This document shows positions 28,524 to 37,515 of a DNA stretch of 64,000 nt, one piece after another (the stretch's first letter is position 1; each line of letters begins with the position of its first letter). A model generated the notes under the pieces. That model did no database searches. It was not told the origin of the DNA and was given only the letters and a program-made list of their open reading frames with translations. A program made the translations under genes and the position numbers. Location: contig NZ_JBJMIE010000042.1 in the NCBI RefSeq assembly GCF_045807065.1, positions 2,724-66,723 of the forward strand, written 5' to 3'. This DNA comes from Actinophytocola sp. (lineage in GTDB: Bacteria > Actinomycetota > Actinomycetes > Mycobacteriales > Pseudonocardiaceae).

Positions 28524-29771
28524 ATGAGTACCCGTACCGAGTCGGCGATGTCGGAGGGCGAAGCTCTGCCGGCACGCGAGCCAGGTGTGGTGAGCCTGCA
28601 TCGGCAGGTGCGCGGGATCGTGGCGGCGGTGGTGGTGCTTTCCCGGTTGGCCACACTGGCGATGGTCGCCATCAGCATCGTCGGTGCCGTACAAGTCCAC
28701 GCCTACGCGCGGGTCGCGCTGGCCGTCACCGTGTACGCGACCCTGTTCGCATGGAGCGCGGTGCTGATCACGCTGGTGCTCCGCAGCGCGGCCGTGTCCG
28801 GCAAGGTGATGGTCGCGGACGTCGCGGTCACCGTCGCCACCATGATCATGCTGCCGCTGACGGTGGACAACACGGCCTTCTCGCTCGTGTCCAACTCCTA
28901 CCTGGAGCCGATCATGGTCAGCGTCGCGGCATCCGTGGCGCTGGTCAGCGGTTCGGCGCGGGGCACCGCGGTCAGCTGCACCGCGCTCGCAATCGCCTAC
29001 GTCGTCGGACAGGCGCCGCTTTCCAAGAGCGGCGCGGACGACGCGTCACTGGTCAGCACGGTCGGCTGGCAGGTCGGCTTCGCCGTGTGCTGCCTGGTGT
29101 TCATCAAGCGGTTGCGGCAGGTGGCACATCAGGTGGACGTCGCCACCACGCAGGTGATCACGGCACGGGAATGGCTCGCCGCCGAGCGCGCGCACACCGA
29201 GGAACGCGCCAGGCACTTCAGCGAGCAGGTCCGCCGCTACCGCGCCCTGCACGACGGGCCGCTGCGCATCCTGACCGCGATCGCCGGTCCTGGACCCGCC
29301 GCACATCCCGATCCTACGGTGCGACGCCAGTGCGCGGTCAGCGTCGACATCCTGCGCGGGGCCGCCCCCGACGAGACCGGCGGCACCCTCACCGACCTGT
29401 CACTGGCCCTCATGGAGGCCGGCAGCAGCAGCGCCGCACTGGGGCTGCGGGTGGAGTACCACTTCACCAACCTGCCGGACAACCTCCCCAGCACCGTGGT
29501 CGAGGCGTTGCGCCTCGCCAGTGCCGAGGCGTTGAGCAACGTCGCCGCGCACGCCGGCACCACCCGTGCGCGCCTCACCGCGATGGCCAGTGGGGAGGTC
29601 GTGACCGTCGCGATCGTCGACCAGGGCAAGGGGTTCGACCCGGCGACCACAGAAATCGGGTACGGCATCCGGCACTCGATCATCGACCGGATGAGCGAGA
29701 TCGGCGCGTCGGCCGCCGTGGACAGCCAGCCAGGTGAAGGCACCCGCATCGACCTGCGGTGGCCGGCATGA
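28524..29771 (+). CDS. Membrane sensor histidine kinase (HisKA_3-type)
   Basis: About five TM helices, H-box RALHDG, EALSNVAAHAG, DQGKGFD, GYGIRHSI; GGAGG RBS before ATG 28524. Confidence 0.88.
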   Translation: MSTRTESAMSEGEALPAREPGVVSLHRQVRGIVAAVVVLSRLATLAMVAISIVGAVQVHAYARVALAVTVYATLFAWSAVLITLVLRSAAVSGKVMVADVAVTVATMIMLPLTVDNTAFSLVSNSYLEPIMVSVAASVALVSGSARGTAVSCTALAIAYVVGQAPLSKSGADDASLVSTVGWQVGFAVCCLVFIKRLRQVAHQVDVATTQVITAREWLAAERAHTEERARHFSEQVRRYRALHDGPLRILTAIAGPGPAAHPDPTVRRQCAVSVDILRGAAPDETGGTLTDLSLALMEAGSSSAALGLRVEYHFTNLPDNLPSTVVEALRLASAEALSNVAAHAGTTRARLTAMASGEVVTVAIVDQGKGFDPATTEIGYGIRHSIIDRMSEIGASAAVDSQPGEGTRIDLRWPA

Positions 29772-30394
29772 TCCGCATCGCCGTGATCGACAACGACAAG
29801 CTCGTGCCCGCCGGTCTCCAGGCGCTGCTCGCCGACACCACCGACATCACCCTCACCCAGACCGCCACCACCGTCGGCGACTACCTCGCGGCCACTCCCG
29901 GCGACGCGGACGTCGTCCTGCTCGACCTGCGACTGGAGGACGGCAGCAACCCCGCGGCCAACGTCGCGGCGCTACGCGCCACCGGCATCGCCGTCCTCGT
30001 CCACTCCGTACACGGCGACCGCCGCCACGTCCGCGCCACCATCCGCGCGGGCGCCTCCGGCTACCTCATCAAGGACGACGAAGCCGACAAGCTCGCCGAC
30101 GCCATCCGCACCGTCCACAAGGGACAGCTGGCGCTGACCACCGAGCTGATGACCCTCATCAACGACGACCCGCCCGAGCTGTCGACCCAGGAGCTGCACG
30201 TCCTCTACCTCTACGGCACCGGTAGTACGCTCGCGGCCACCGCGCGCCGCCTCGGCATCGCCATCCCCACCGTCCGCTCCTACCTCGACCGCATTCGAGC
30301 GAAATGGGCGGCGGCCGACGAGCCGGTCGACGACATCCGGGACCTCATCCACGAGTACCCGCACCCCAACCCACCGCCGGCCGCGGGGCACTAG
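29768..30394 (+). CDS. NarL/LuxR-type response regulator
   Basis: IAVIDND, DVVLLDLRL, GASGYLIK, C-terminal HTH; ATGA overlap with the kinase. Confidence 0.92.
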   Translation: MIRIAVIDNDKLVPAGLQALLADTTDITLTQTATTVGDYLAATPGDADVVLLDLRLEDGSNPAANVAALRATGIAVLVHSVHGDRRHVRATIRAGASGYLIKDDEADKLADAIRTVHKGQLALTTELMTLINDDPPELSTQELHVLYLYGTGSTLAATARRLGIAIPTVRSYLDRIRAKWAAADEPVDDIRDLIHEYPHPNPPPAAGH

Positions 30395-30461
30395 CAGCCA
30401 GAACACCGTCATTGACGCCATCCTGGGGCTGCCGGGCCGAGGCGGTGTTTCTGGCGACCGT

Positions 30462-30491
30462 TTCTAACGAAAGCCTGCGTTGTTCTTAGAA
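30462..30491. promoter_or_regulatory. TTCTAA-N18-TTAGAA inverted repeat upstream of the HTH regulator
   Basis: A second copy (N17) lies at 31131-31159. Confidence 0.6.
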
Positions 30492-30498
30492 TGGTGGG

Positions 30499-31152
30499 AT
30501 GGAGGACATCGAGGCGATCGTCGTGCTGCAGGACGCTGTCCGGCGGCGGCTGTACGAGTACGTGGTTGCCCAGGACCACGAGGTGAGCCGGAACGAGGCC
30601 GCCGAGGGTGCCGGGATCCAGCGGACGCTCGCCGCGTTCCACCTCGACAAGCTCGTCGACGCCGGGTTGCTCGTCACCGAGAGCCGGCGGCTCACCGGGC
30701 GTTCGGGTCCGGGCGCGGGTCGGCCGGCCAAGCTCTACCGCCGGTCCGGCGCCGAACACCACGTCTCGGTTCCCGCTCGGGACTACCGCACCGCCGCCGA
30801 CCTGCTGGCCGAGGTGGCGGACTGCGCCCGGCTGGACGACGAGTTGCGGGCCGCCGCCGCGCGGGAGGGGCGGGCCGCGCTGGCCGCCGCCGGACCGATC
30901 GAGGACCTCGACGCGATGCGGGCCGTGCTGTCCGCGCGCGGCTACGAGCCGCGGGCGGACGGCGCCGTCCTTCGCCTGGTCAACTGCCCGTTCCACGTCC
31001 TCTCGGAGCGGCATCCCGCGCTGATCTGCGGCATGAACCTGGCGCTGCTAGAGGGGCTTGTCGAGGGCGCCGAAGGGCTGCGGGCCCGCATGGATCCGCG
31101 GCCTGGAATGTGTTGTGTCGCGGTCGAGACTTCTAAAAATAATGACGATTGA
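30499..31152 (+). CDS. ArsR-like/SufR-like HTH transcriptional regulator with C-terminal Cys motifs
   Basis: VRRRLYEYV, AAFHLDKLVDAGLL, GAGRPAKLYR, NCPFH...LICGMNL...PGMCCV. Confidence 0.88.
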   Translation: MEDIEAIVVLQDAVRRRLYEYVVAQDHEVSRNEAAEGAGIQRTLAAFHLDKLVDAGLLVTESRRLTGRSGPGAGRPAKLYRRSGAEHHVSVPARDYRTAADLLAEVADCARLDDELRAAAAREGRAALAAAGPIEDLDAMRAVLSARGYEPRADGAVLRLVNCPFHVLSERHPALICGMNLALLEGLVEGAEGLRARMDPRPGMCCVAVETSKNNDD

Positions 31153-31159
31153 CTTAGAA
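31131..31159. promoter_or_regulatory. TTCTAA-N17-TTAGAA inverted repeat containing a TTGACT -35-like box, upstream of the DUF3291 gene
   Basis: Overlaps the regulator's stop codon; matches the copy at 30462. Confidence 0.62.
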
Positions 31160-31184
31160 GGTGCGGGATGGTGAGGTGAGTGGC

Positions 31185-31691
31185 ATGAGCGGACACCACC
31201 TCGCCCAGCTCAACGTGGGCACCCTGAGACACCCTCTGGACGACCCGCGCACGCACGGCTTCACGTCGATGCTGGACACCCTGAACAGCGTCGCCGACCG
31301 GTCGCCCGGGTTCGTGTGGCGACTGGTCGGCGACGGGGGCAACGACGCCACCGCGATCCGGACCTCACTCGGCGCGGACGTCATCGTGAACATGTCGGTC
31401 TGGGAGAGCCGCGAGAGCCTGTGGGACTACGTCTACCGCAGCGGTCACCTGGACGTGCTCCGGCGCCGCGCCGAGTGGTTCGAGCTGCCGAAGACGGCGT
31501 TCCAGGTTATGTGGTGGGTTCCGGCCGGCCACGTGCCCACCGTCGAGGAGGCGGTCGAGCGGCTGGAACTCCTGCGCGCGCACGGGCCGTCGCCCAGCGC
31601 CTTCGGCTTCAGGGACCGGTACACGGCCGCGGAGGCAGACCTTGCCGTCCTGGCACCGGCGGCGACGACCAAGGCCCAGCCCACCGACTGA
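31185..31691 (+). CDS. DUF3291 domain protein
   Basis: HLAQLNVG, ADRSPGFVWRL, NMSVWES, YVYRSGH, RRRAEWF, WWVPAGH. Confidence 0.9.
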   Translation: MSGHHLAQLNVGTLRHPLDDPRTHGFTSMLDTLNSVADRSPGFVWRLVGDGGNDATAIRTSLGADVIVNMSVWESRESLWDYVYRSGHLDVLRRRAEWFELPKTAFQVMWWVPAGHVPTVEEAVERLELLRAHGPSPSAFGFRDRYTAAEADLAVLAPAATTKAQPTD

Positions 31692-31731
31692 GCGTCGACC
31701 GTCCGCAATGCGGCAGTCATGGCCGGGTTCC

Positions 31732-32304
31732 TCAATGGACTATGCGGTAACGCAGATGTGTGGCGTCGCGGCCTTCGAGCCGCCGGACGAGCTCCAGTTC
31801 GATGTGGCCGTGTCCGGTCGGCTCGAACAGCCGCCGCCCGTCACCCAGCAGTACGGGGACGAGGTGCAGTTCGAGTTCGTCGAGCTGGCTGGCCGCCAGC
31901 AACGCCTGCGCCGCACCCGCGCCGTGGACCAGCACGGCTCGATCTCCCGCCGCTTCTCGGGCCTCGTCGGCGCACGCGTTGACGTCGGTGTAGTACTTCA
32001 CGCTGCCCGGTGGCTCGTCGGCCGGGTCGATGTGGTGGGTGAGCACGTGGATCGGCACGCCGTCGTGGTGGTCGCCGTGCCATCGACCGGCCAGCTCGTA
32101 GGTGCGGCGTCCGGATATCACGGCGCCGGTCGAGCTGGCCTCGGCGTACACCTGCCCGTTGATCCCCTCGGACATCCGGTCGTCGAGCCAGTTGAACAGC
32201 CGCCCTCCGTCGCGGCCGAGCTCCTGGCCCGGCCGGTCGTCCGGCCCGGCGATGTACCCGTCGACCGACATGGACATGTACAGCCGCAGCGGCGTCCTAC
32301 CCAT
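31732..32304 (-). CDS. Dihydrofolate reductase/RibD C-terminal family protein
   Basis: YMSMSVDGYIAGPDD, GAVISGRRTY, LDELELHLVPVLLGDGRRLF. Confidence 0.9.
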   Translation of the reverse strand: MGRTPLRLYMSMSVDGYIAGPDDRPGQELGRDGGRLFNWLDDRMSEGINGQVYAEASSTGAVISGRRTYELAGRWHGDHHDGVPIHVLTHHIDPADEPPGSVKYYTDVNACADEAREAAGDRAVLVHGAGAAQALLAASQLDELELHLVPVLLGDGRRLFEPTGHGHIELELVRRLEGRDATHLRYRIVH

Positions 32305-32467
32305 CCTGGTTCCCCTTCCTCTGGCCGGTCGGCACCGACTCGACCCGCGCCGATCATCCCCGTGACTAGCCCACATTGACAGGGGTTCGGCTAGGTTGAG
32401 GCAGTTCCGCCGGCAATGGACCCGGCTGAACCTCATACGTGACGGACAGGAGACTGAGGTGGCCGAG

Positions 32468-33016
32468 TGTCCCGCCCCGGGTTTGATGGAGACATTGAAC
32501 ACCCGGAGGATCTGGAGTTATGGCGGCACCACGGAAGTACCCGGATGAGTTGCGTGAGCGGGTGACGCGTTTGGCGGTCGAGGCCAGGCGGGATCCGGCG
32601 TCTGCTGGTGGGGCGATCAAACGGATCTCGGACCAGTTGGGTGTGCATCCGGAGGCGTTGCGGACGTGGGTGAAGTAGGCCGAGACCGATGGCGGGGTGC
32701 GGTCGGGGACGACCTCGACCGAGGCCGCCAGGATCGCCGAGTTGGAGCGGGAGAACCGTGAGCTGCGGCGTGTGAACCAGATTTGAAGTCAGCGGCCAGT
32801 TTCTTTGCGGCGGAGCTGGACCGTCCGTCGCGATGAAGGTCGAGTTCGTCGACGCCCAGCGGGAGGAACACGGTGTCCAGCCGGTCCTGGAGGCGCTCAA
32901 GCACACGCCTGCCGGGATCGCACCGTCGACCTACTATGCCGCCAAGACCCGCCGCGAGTCCGCTGGTGCGGCCCGGGACCGGGAGCTGGTCGAGAAGATC
33001 AGGCGGGTTCACGATG
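32468..33016 (+). mobile_element. Degenerate IS3-family element (left end, broken orfA, start of orfB)
   Basis: IRL-like TGTCCCGCCCCGGGTTTGATGGAGAC at 32468. orfA from ATG 32520 (MAAPRKYPDELRER...) has a premature TAG and a frameshift. orfB (FVDAQREEHGVQPV...IAPSTYYA) is cut after about 60 codons; no right end found. Confidence 0.88.
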
Positions 33017-33663
33017 ACACGCCGAGGACGAGGAACCGGTCCGACAGCGCGAAGGGCGGCGTGCTGTTCATCGACGAGGCCTACGCGCTCTCCCGGGAGG
33101 ACGACGGCGGGGACTCCGGCCGCGAGGCGATCGACACTCTGGTCAAGCTCGATGTCGAGAAGTGGCCGGGTACCGGCATCGACCAGGGTGACGATGTCGC
33201 GAGGTGGCTCGGTGACGTGCTGGGCAGGCCCGCTCGGCTCGTCCGTGAACCCGCCAGGGCCGCGCGTGCCCGCCGGCCCGACCCCACCACGGTGCCGATC
33301 ACCACCGAGTCCTCTTTGGACCTGCTCAACACCCACATTCAGCGCCGCGGCGCCAGTGCGGTGCCGATGACCCGGTTTCGTCCCAACATCGTCATCACCG
33401 GCTGGCCAGCCCCACACACCGAGGACCGCGTGCACCACATGACGATCGGCACCACCGGCGTCGGCTTCAGCGAACTGGCCATCCGCTGCGCGATGACCAT
33501 GACCGACCAGGCCACCGGCCACCGCCGCGGCCCCGAACCGCTGCGCACCCTCGCCGACTACCGCCGCGAACCCGACGGCGTCAGCTTCGGCCTGAAGGCC
33601 ACCGTCCTCACCCCCGGCCACATCGCCACGAACGACCCCGTCACCGTCACCGCCTGGCGTTGA
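33017..33663 (+). pseudogene. AAA ATPase (CbbX/SpoVK-like) fragment fused in frame to a MOSC-domain C-terminal fragment
   Basis: AKGGVLFIDEAYALS...GREAIDTLVKL (Walker B), then SLDLLN...MTRFRPNIVITG...EPLRTLADYRR...GVSFG. Confidence 0.75.
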
Positions 33664-33743
33664 CCCCGTGCACCCGTAGCCGTGTATCGCGGATGTCGGA
33701 ATCGCATACGGCGTGCAACGGTGTTGCGTCTTCAGTGGCGGGC

Positions 33744-34144
33744 ATGGATCACAGCGCATCGACGGTCAGTTCGTCGGAGTCCGTACGTGGTGTCGACCGG
33801 CGGCGGTTGCTCGGGTGGGGCGGGTTGGCGGCCGCCGGCGTGGTGGCGGCCGGCACGCCGCTGCTGAACGCACAGCCTGGCCACGCCGACCGCAGGACCT
33901 GCAACGCGTCTTCTACAGCCGGGAGGAGGTGCACGAGTACAACGAGCAGTGGACCCGGCAGGCGACGCTCGTGGCCGCCCCCGGCACCGGCACCAACGGC
34001 CACTCCGGCGTCAACCCCGGCAGCGCCGCCAGCTGGAACATCTACCCGTACACCGGCTGGGTCGGCGTCGTCCTCAGCAACAGCGACGACGCGCCGTTGC
34101 AGGACATCCTGCAGCGGGAGGTGCGGGCCGTCACGGGCACGTGA
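33744..34144 (+). pseudogene. Internally deleted Tat-exported serine hydrolase (beta-lactamase family)
   Basis: Tat-like leader VDRRRLLGWGGLAAAG from ATG 33744; in another frame the C-terminal GHSG...IYPYTGWVGVVLSN; the SxxK catalytic core is absent. Confidence 0.65.
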
Positions 34145-34275
34145 CGATCTCCGCCGTTCCCACCGCATCTGCCGACCCCCGCCGCTAACTTGAGCGTGGG
34201 TCCGCGTGTCGGCGGACCCAGCTCAAGCCAGGTGTCGAGTCGACCGGTGTTGGTGCCGGGGGAACAGGAGATCCG

Positions 34276-34950
34276 GTGTCGATGGAACCGCATGAGACCG
34301 GCGGGTGGTACGAACCGCACCCGGAGTCCCCGGCCCCGCCGAACGGCGGTCGTGCGGTCGCGGTCGTCGCCGGCGTTGTCGGCGTGGTCGTCGGCGCCGG
34401 TCTGGCGAGTGGCGCGTGGCTGCTGTTCGGTGGTGACGGTGGCGGCGGCTCGTCGGCCGCCGTCTCGGCGCCGGCGCGGCTCGGTGACTACTACCGGTAC
34501 CCGGACCTGCAGAAGGTGCGCGAGCGCAACGGCCAGAGCGGCGACATGACGAAGCTGGTGGACCACCAGGCCACGTGGGACAAGGAGAGCTCGGCCCGCC
34601 TGTCGGCGAGCCGCGACGGCGCTGGTGCAGTCGTGCAGCAGTACGCGAACGAAGAGCTCGAGTCGATGTTCTCGCTGGAGGTGGTGCGTTCGCCCAGCGC
34701 GTCGCCGCAGTACGTGGCCTACTCCGACCCCGGGTACCTCGGCGTCGACAAGCCCCCGGAGGAGATGGTCGAGTTCGGCCCGGTGTCGTGCGTGGTGCGG
34801 AACGACACGACCGGGCAGACGTTCGTGGTCAACTGCCAGCGCACGAGCGCCGAGCTGACCGTGACCGTCACCCACGCGAACGGCGACCTCGGCGGAAACC
34901 CGCGAGCCGTCGCGGACGTGGTGAACGAGGCCTGGTCACAGCTCGGCTGA
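34276..34950 (+). CDS. Hypothetical single-pass membrane protein
   Basis: Pro-rich N-terminus, one TM helix, Gly linker, extracellular domain with two Cys. Confidence 0.7.
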   Translation: MSMEPHETGGWYEPHPESPAPPNGGRAVAVVAGVVGVVVGAGLASGAWLLFGGDGGGGSSAAVSAPARLGDYYRYPDLQKVRERNGQSGDMTKLVDHQATWDKESSARLSASRDGAGAVVQQYANEELESMFSLEVVRSPSASPQYVAYSDPGYLGVDKPPEEMVEFGPVSCVVRNDTTGQTFVVNCQRTSAELTVTVTHANGDLGGNPRAVADVVNEAWSQLG

Positions 34951-36132
34951 CCGGGCCGGCTCGTTCCCCCGACGACGACCGCGGCGCCATTCCCGAAGCG
35001 GCGACGCGGCGACGGCGAGGACGACCGCCGCGGCCCACACGTAGGCGTTCCCGGTCAGCAGGCGCCAGACGCCCCATGGTGCCTTCGGGTCCCACCACCA
35101 GTGTGGCGCGAGGGCGAAGAGCAGCGTCCCCGCGGCGACGGCGGCGATCGCGGTCACGCGTCGGGTGCGCCAGGCGAAGACGCCGCCGGTCAGCAGGATC
35201 GGCACGATCCACACCCAGTGATGCGAGTACGACACGGGGGAGAACAGCAGCGTGCCGAGCGCGTTGAGGCTCAACGCCCACGCCGGCCATCCCGCGGCGA
35301 ACGCCCGTCGCATGCCGATGGCGGTCACGCCGAGCACCGCGACCGCGAGCAGCGGCCACAGCAGCTTCGGGTCCACGCCGAACCGCACCAGCAGCACCTT
35401 GAGCGACTGGTTCATCTCGTTGGACATGCCGCGGAACTGGGCGGAGAAGAACGCCTCGTGCGTCCAGAACCGCACGGAGTTCGACCAGCTCACCAGGAAC
35501 CCGACGGCCGTCGCGCACAGGAACGACACGCCCGCGGTGAGTGCGGCCCGACGGTCGCCGCGCAGCAGGAAGAACAGCACGAAGACCGCGGGCGTCAGCT
35601 TCACCGCCGCGGCGATGCCCACCAGCGCGCCGCGCGGCCAACGTGGGGAGCGGACCAGGCAGTCCGCCACGACCAGCACCATCAAGAACGCGTTGACCTG
35701 GCCGAAGTACAGCGTCTCGCGTACCGGCTCCAGTGCCAGGGACACCGGCAGCAGCGTGCCGACCAGCAGTGCGGTGGGTCGCACGTCCAGGGCGCGGAGC
35801 ACCAGCACGAGCACCAGTGCCACCGCCGCGATCGTGACGAGCGCGAAGACCGCGCTGGCCAGCCAGAACGGCACCACGGCGAACGGCGCCAGCACGACGA
35901 CCGCGAACGGCGGGTAGATGTAGGGCAGCTGCCAGCCGTTCTGCAGCGTGGGCAACTCCGCGTACAGGTCACCGCCCCGCCACCACACGTCCACAGCGAC
36001 CCGGTAGACATCCAGGTCCATGCGGTAGGCGCTGCCGAGCACCCCGTCCCGGAATGACAGCAGGACCCACGCGACCACGGCGACGTTGACCACCACCAGA
36101 CCGACGAGCACAGCCTTTCGTACGGCGACCAA
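34936..36132 (-). CDS. GT87 family (alpha-1,2-mannosyltransferase-like) membrane glycosyltransferase
   Basis: DLDVYR, PYIYPPFA, EPVRETLYFGQVN, AAAVKLTPA, NQSL, SPVSYSHHWVW. Confidence 0.9.
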   Translation of the reverse strand: MVAVRKAVLVGLVVVNVAVVAWVLLSFRDGVLGSAYRMDLDVYRVAVDVWWRGGDLYAELPTLQNGWQLPYIYPPFAVVVLAPFAVVPFWLASAVFALVTIAAVALVLVLVLRALDVRPTALLVGTLLPVSLALEPVRETLYFGQVNAFLMVLVVADCLVRSPRWPRGALVGIAAAVKLTPAVFVLFFLLRGDRRAALTAGVSFLCATAVGFLVSWSNSVRFWTHEAFFSAQFRGMSNEMNQSLKVLLVRFGVDPKLLWPLLAVAVLGVTAIGMRRAFAAGWPAWALSLNALGTLLFSPVSYSHHWVWIVPILLTGGVFAWRTRRVTAIAAVAAGTLLFALAPHWWWDPKAPWGVWRLLTGNAYVWAAAVVLAVAASPLREWRRGRRRGNEPARSAEL

Positions 36133-36293
36133 CGCGGCTTCCTCCCGGTGACATGATCAAGTGGCGGTCGGCATCATGCCAAGCCGACCCCCGACGCCTA
36201 CCCGCGAGGTAGACGTCCGGCGCCGGCCAGCCGTTCACGTAGCCGATGTGACCTTCCACGAACAACGAGACGTAGGTCGTCACCCGCGGGGCC

Positions 36294-36959
36294 GTGCCGA
36301 TCGCCCACGCGCCGGCCGGCACGCTGAGCCACAGCCAAACGCCGGTCGGTCAGGGAGCGGTAGCCGGCCGCCGCGACCGCGACCAGCGCGGGCATCGTGG
36401 TGTCCCAACCGAACTGGACGGCGAGCAGCAGGGTGCCGATGAGGATCAGCGGGAAGCGGGCGAGCAGCCAGCCCAGCTCGACCAGCCGCAGGGCGTCGAG
36501 CATTCGAGGGGACGTCGCGCCGACGAGGAGCTCCCGTACGGTGCGGACCTCGGGCAGCTCGACGGCGGCGGCGTCGCGACCGAGCCGGACGACCAGGAAC
36601 CACGAGCCGACGAGCGCCACGGCGATGACCGGCATGGAGTAGCGGGCGTCGTCGCCGACCAGTTGGTGGCAGATGAAGCCGCCGTAGGCGCGGTGCCGGT
36701 GGCTATCACGAGCGTCCACAACGCGACTCGCGCGGCGAGTGTCCGGCGGGTCCCGCCGGTCGGGAAGCCGGCCGCGGCACGCAGTTCCGCCGCGAGCTCG
36801 ACCGGTGGCCGAGCTCGCCGGCCGCCGCCGTGTCCGCGAGCCGCGGTGCGATGTCGTCGATGATCGCGTCCACCTCGGCGTGCGGCAGGTCGCGAGCACC
36901 TGCCGCAGCTCGGCGACGCAGATCTCGGCGTGAGTGTCGGTGGCGTGGTTGGTGTTCAC
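36294..36959 (-). pseudogene. Frameshifted/deleted HAAS-domain (DUF1700-like) membrane protein
   Basis: GTG overlaps the padR stop; YV/CVAELRQ.L / DLPHAEVDAIIDDI...ELAAELRAAAG is spread over frames, followed by hydrophobic fragments. Confidence 0.55.
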
Positions 36960-37233
36960 GCGTTCGCTCCCAACAGATCGGTCATCGTGGCGGCGAAGCC
37001 GTGCCACACGGCGGACGACTCGGCGAGCCGGCGGCGGCCGGTGTCGTTCAGGCCGTAGTACTCGCGGTGCGGCCCCTCCTCGCTCGGCACCACGTACGAC
37101 GTGAGCGCGCCCTGGTTGTACAGCCGGCGCAGCGTGCCGTAGACCGAGGCGTCCCCGACCTCGGTCAGCCCCGCCAGGCGCAACCGGCGCACGACGTCGT
37201 AGCCGTAGCCGTCCTCCGTGCCCACTGCACAAA
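36956..37233 (-). pseudogene. PadR family regulator lacking its N-terminal helix
   Basis: EDGYGYDVVRRL...SVYGTLRRL...SEEGPHREYYGLNDTG; no start codon or RBS in frame nearby. Confidence 0.8.
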
Positions 37234-37492
37234 CACCTGCTGCAGCAGGACCCGCTGATCTGGCGGCCCCACCTCCACGCCATGAGCGGCAACCCCGCCG
37301 CGCTCGCCCAGGGCGTGAAGGCCGCGCTGGACGCCACCGCCATCCCAGCCCCGACACCACCGGGCTCCCAGCCGCCGATCGACCTGGACACCGCCGGCAT
37401 CGGCCCACTTCTGGGCCGTCGACGACGGCGTCACCTTCGCCAAAGCCCTCCGGTCCGCAGTGGACGCCGCCCACGTGCAACCCGCCAGCTGA
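37222..37492 (+). pseudogene. Doubly deleted DUF1259 (LppY/LpqO-like) gene
   Basis: LHKHLLQQDP...HLHAMSGNPAALAQGVKAALDATAI...PPIDLDTAGI joined to the C-terminal HFWAVDDGVTFAKALR. Confidence 0.6.
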
Positions 37493-37515
37493 CCGCAGTG
37501 GATGATTGCCCCGCG

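Noticed and set aside
32376-32450. Possible fluoride or other riboswitch (GGCAATGGA hairpin)
   Set aside because: The pairing and downstream conserved nucleotides of the crcB motif are not matched, and no cognate gene follows. An Rfam/Infernal scan would settle it.
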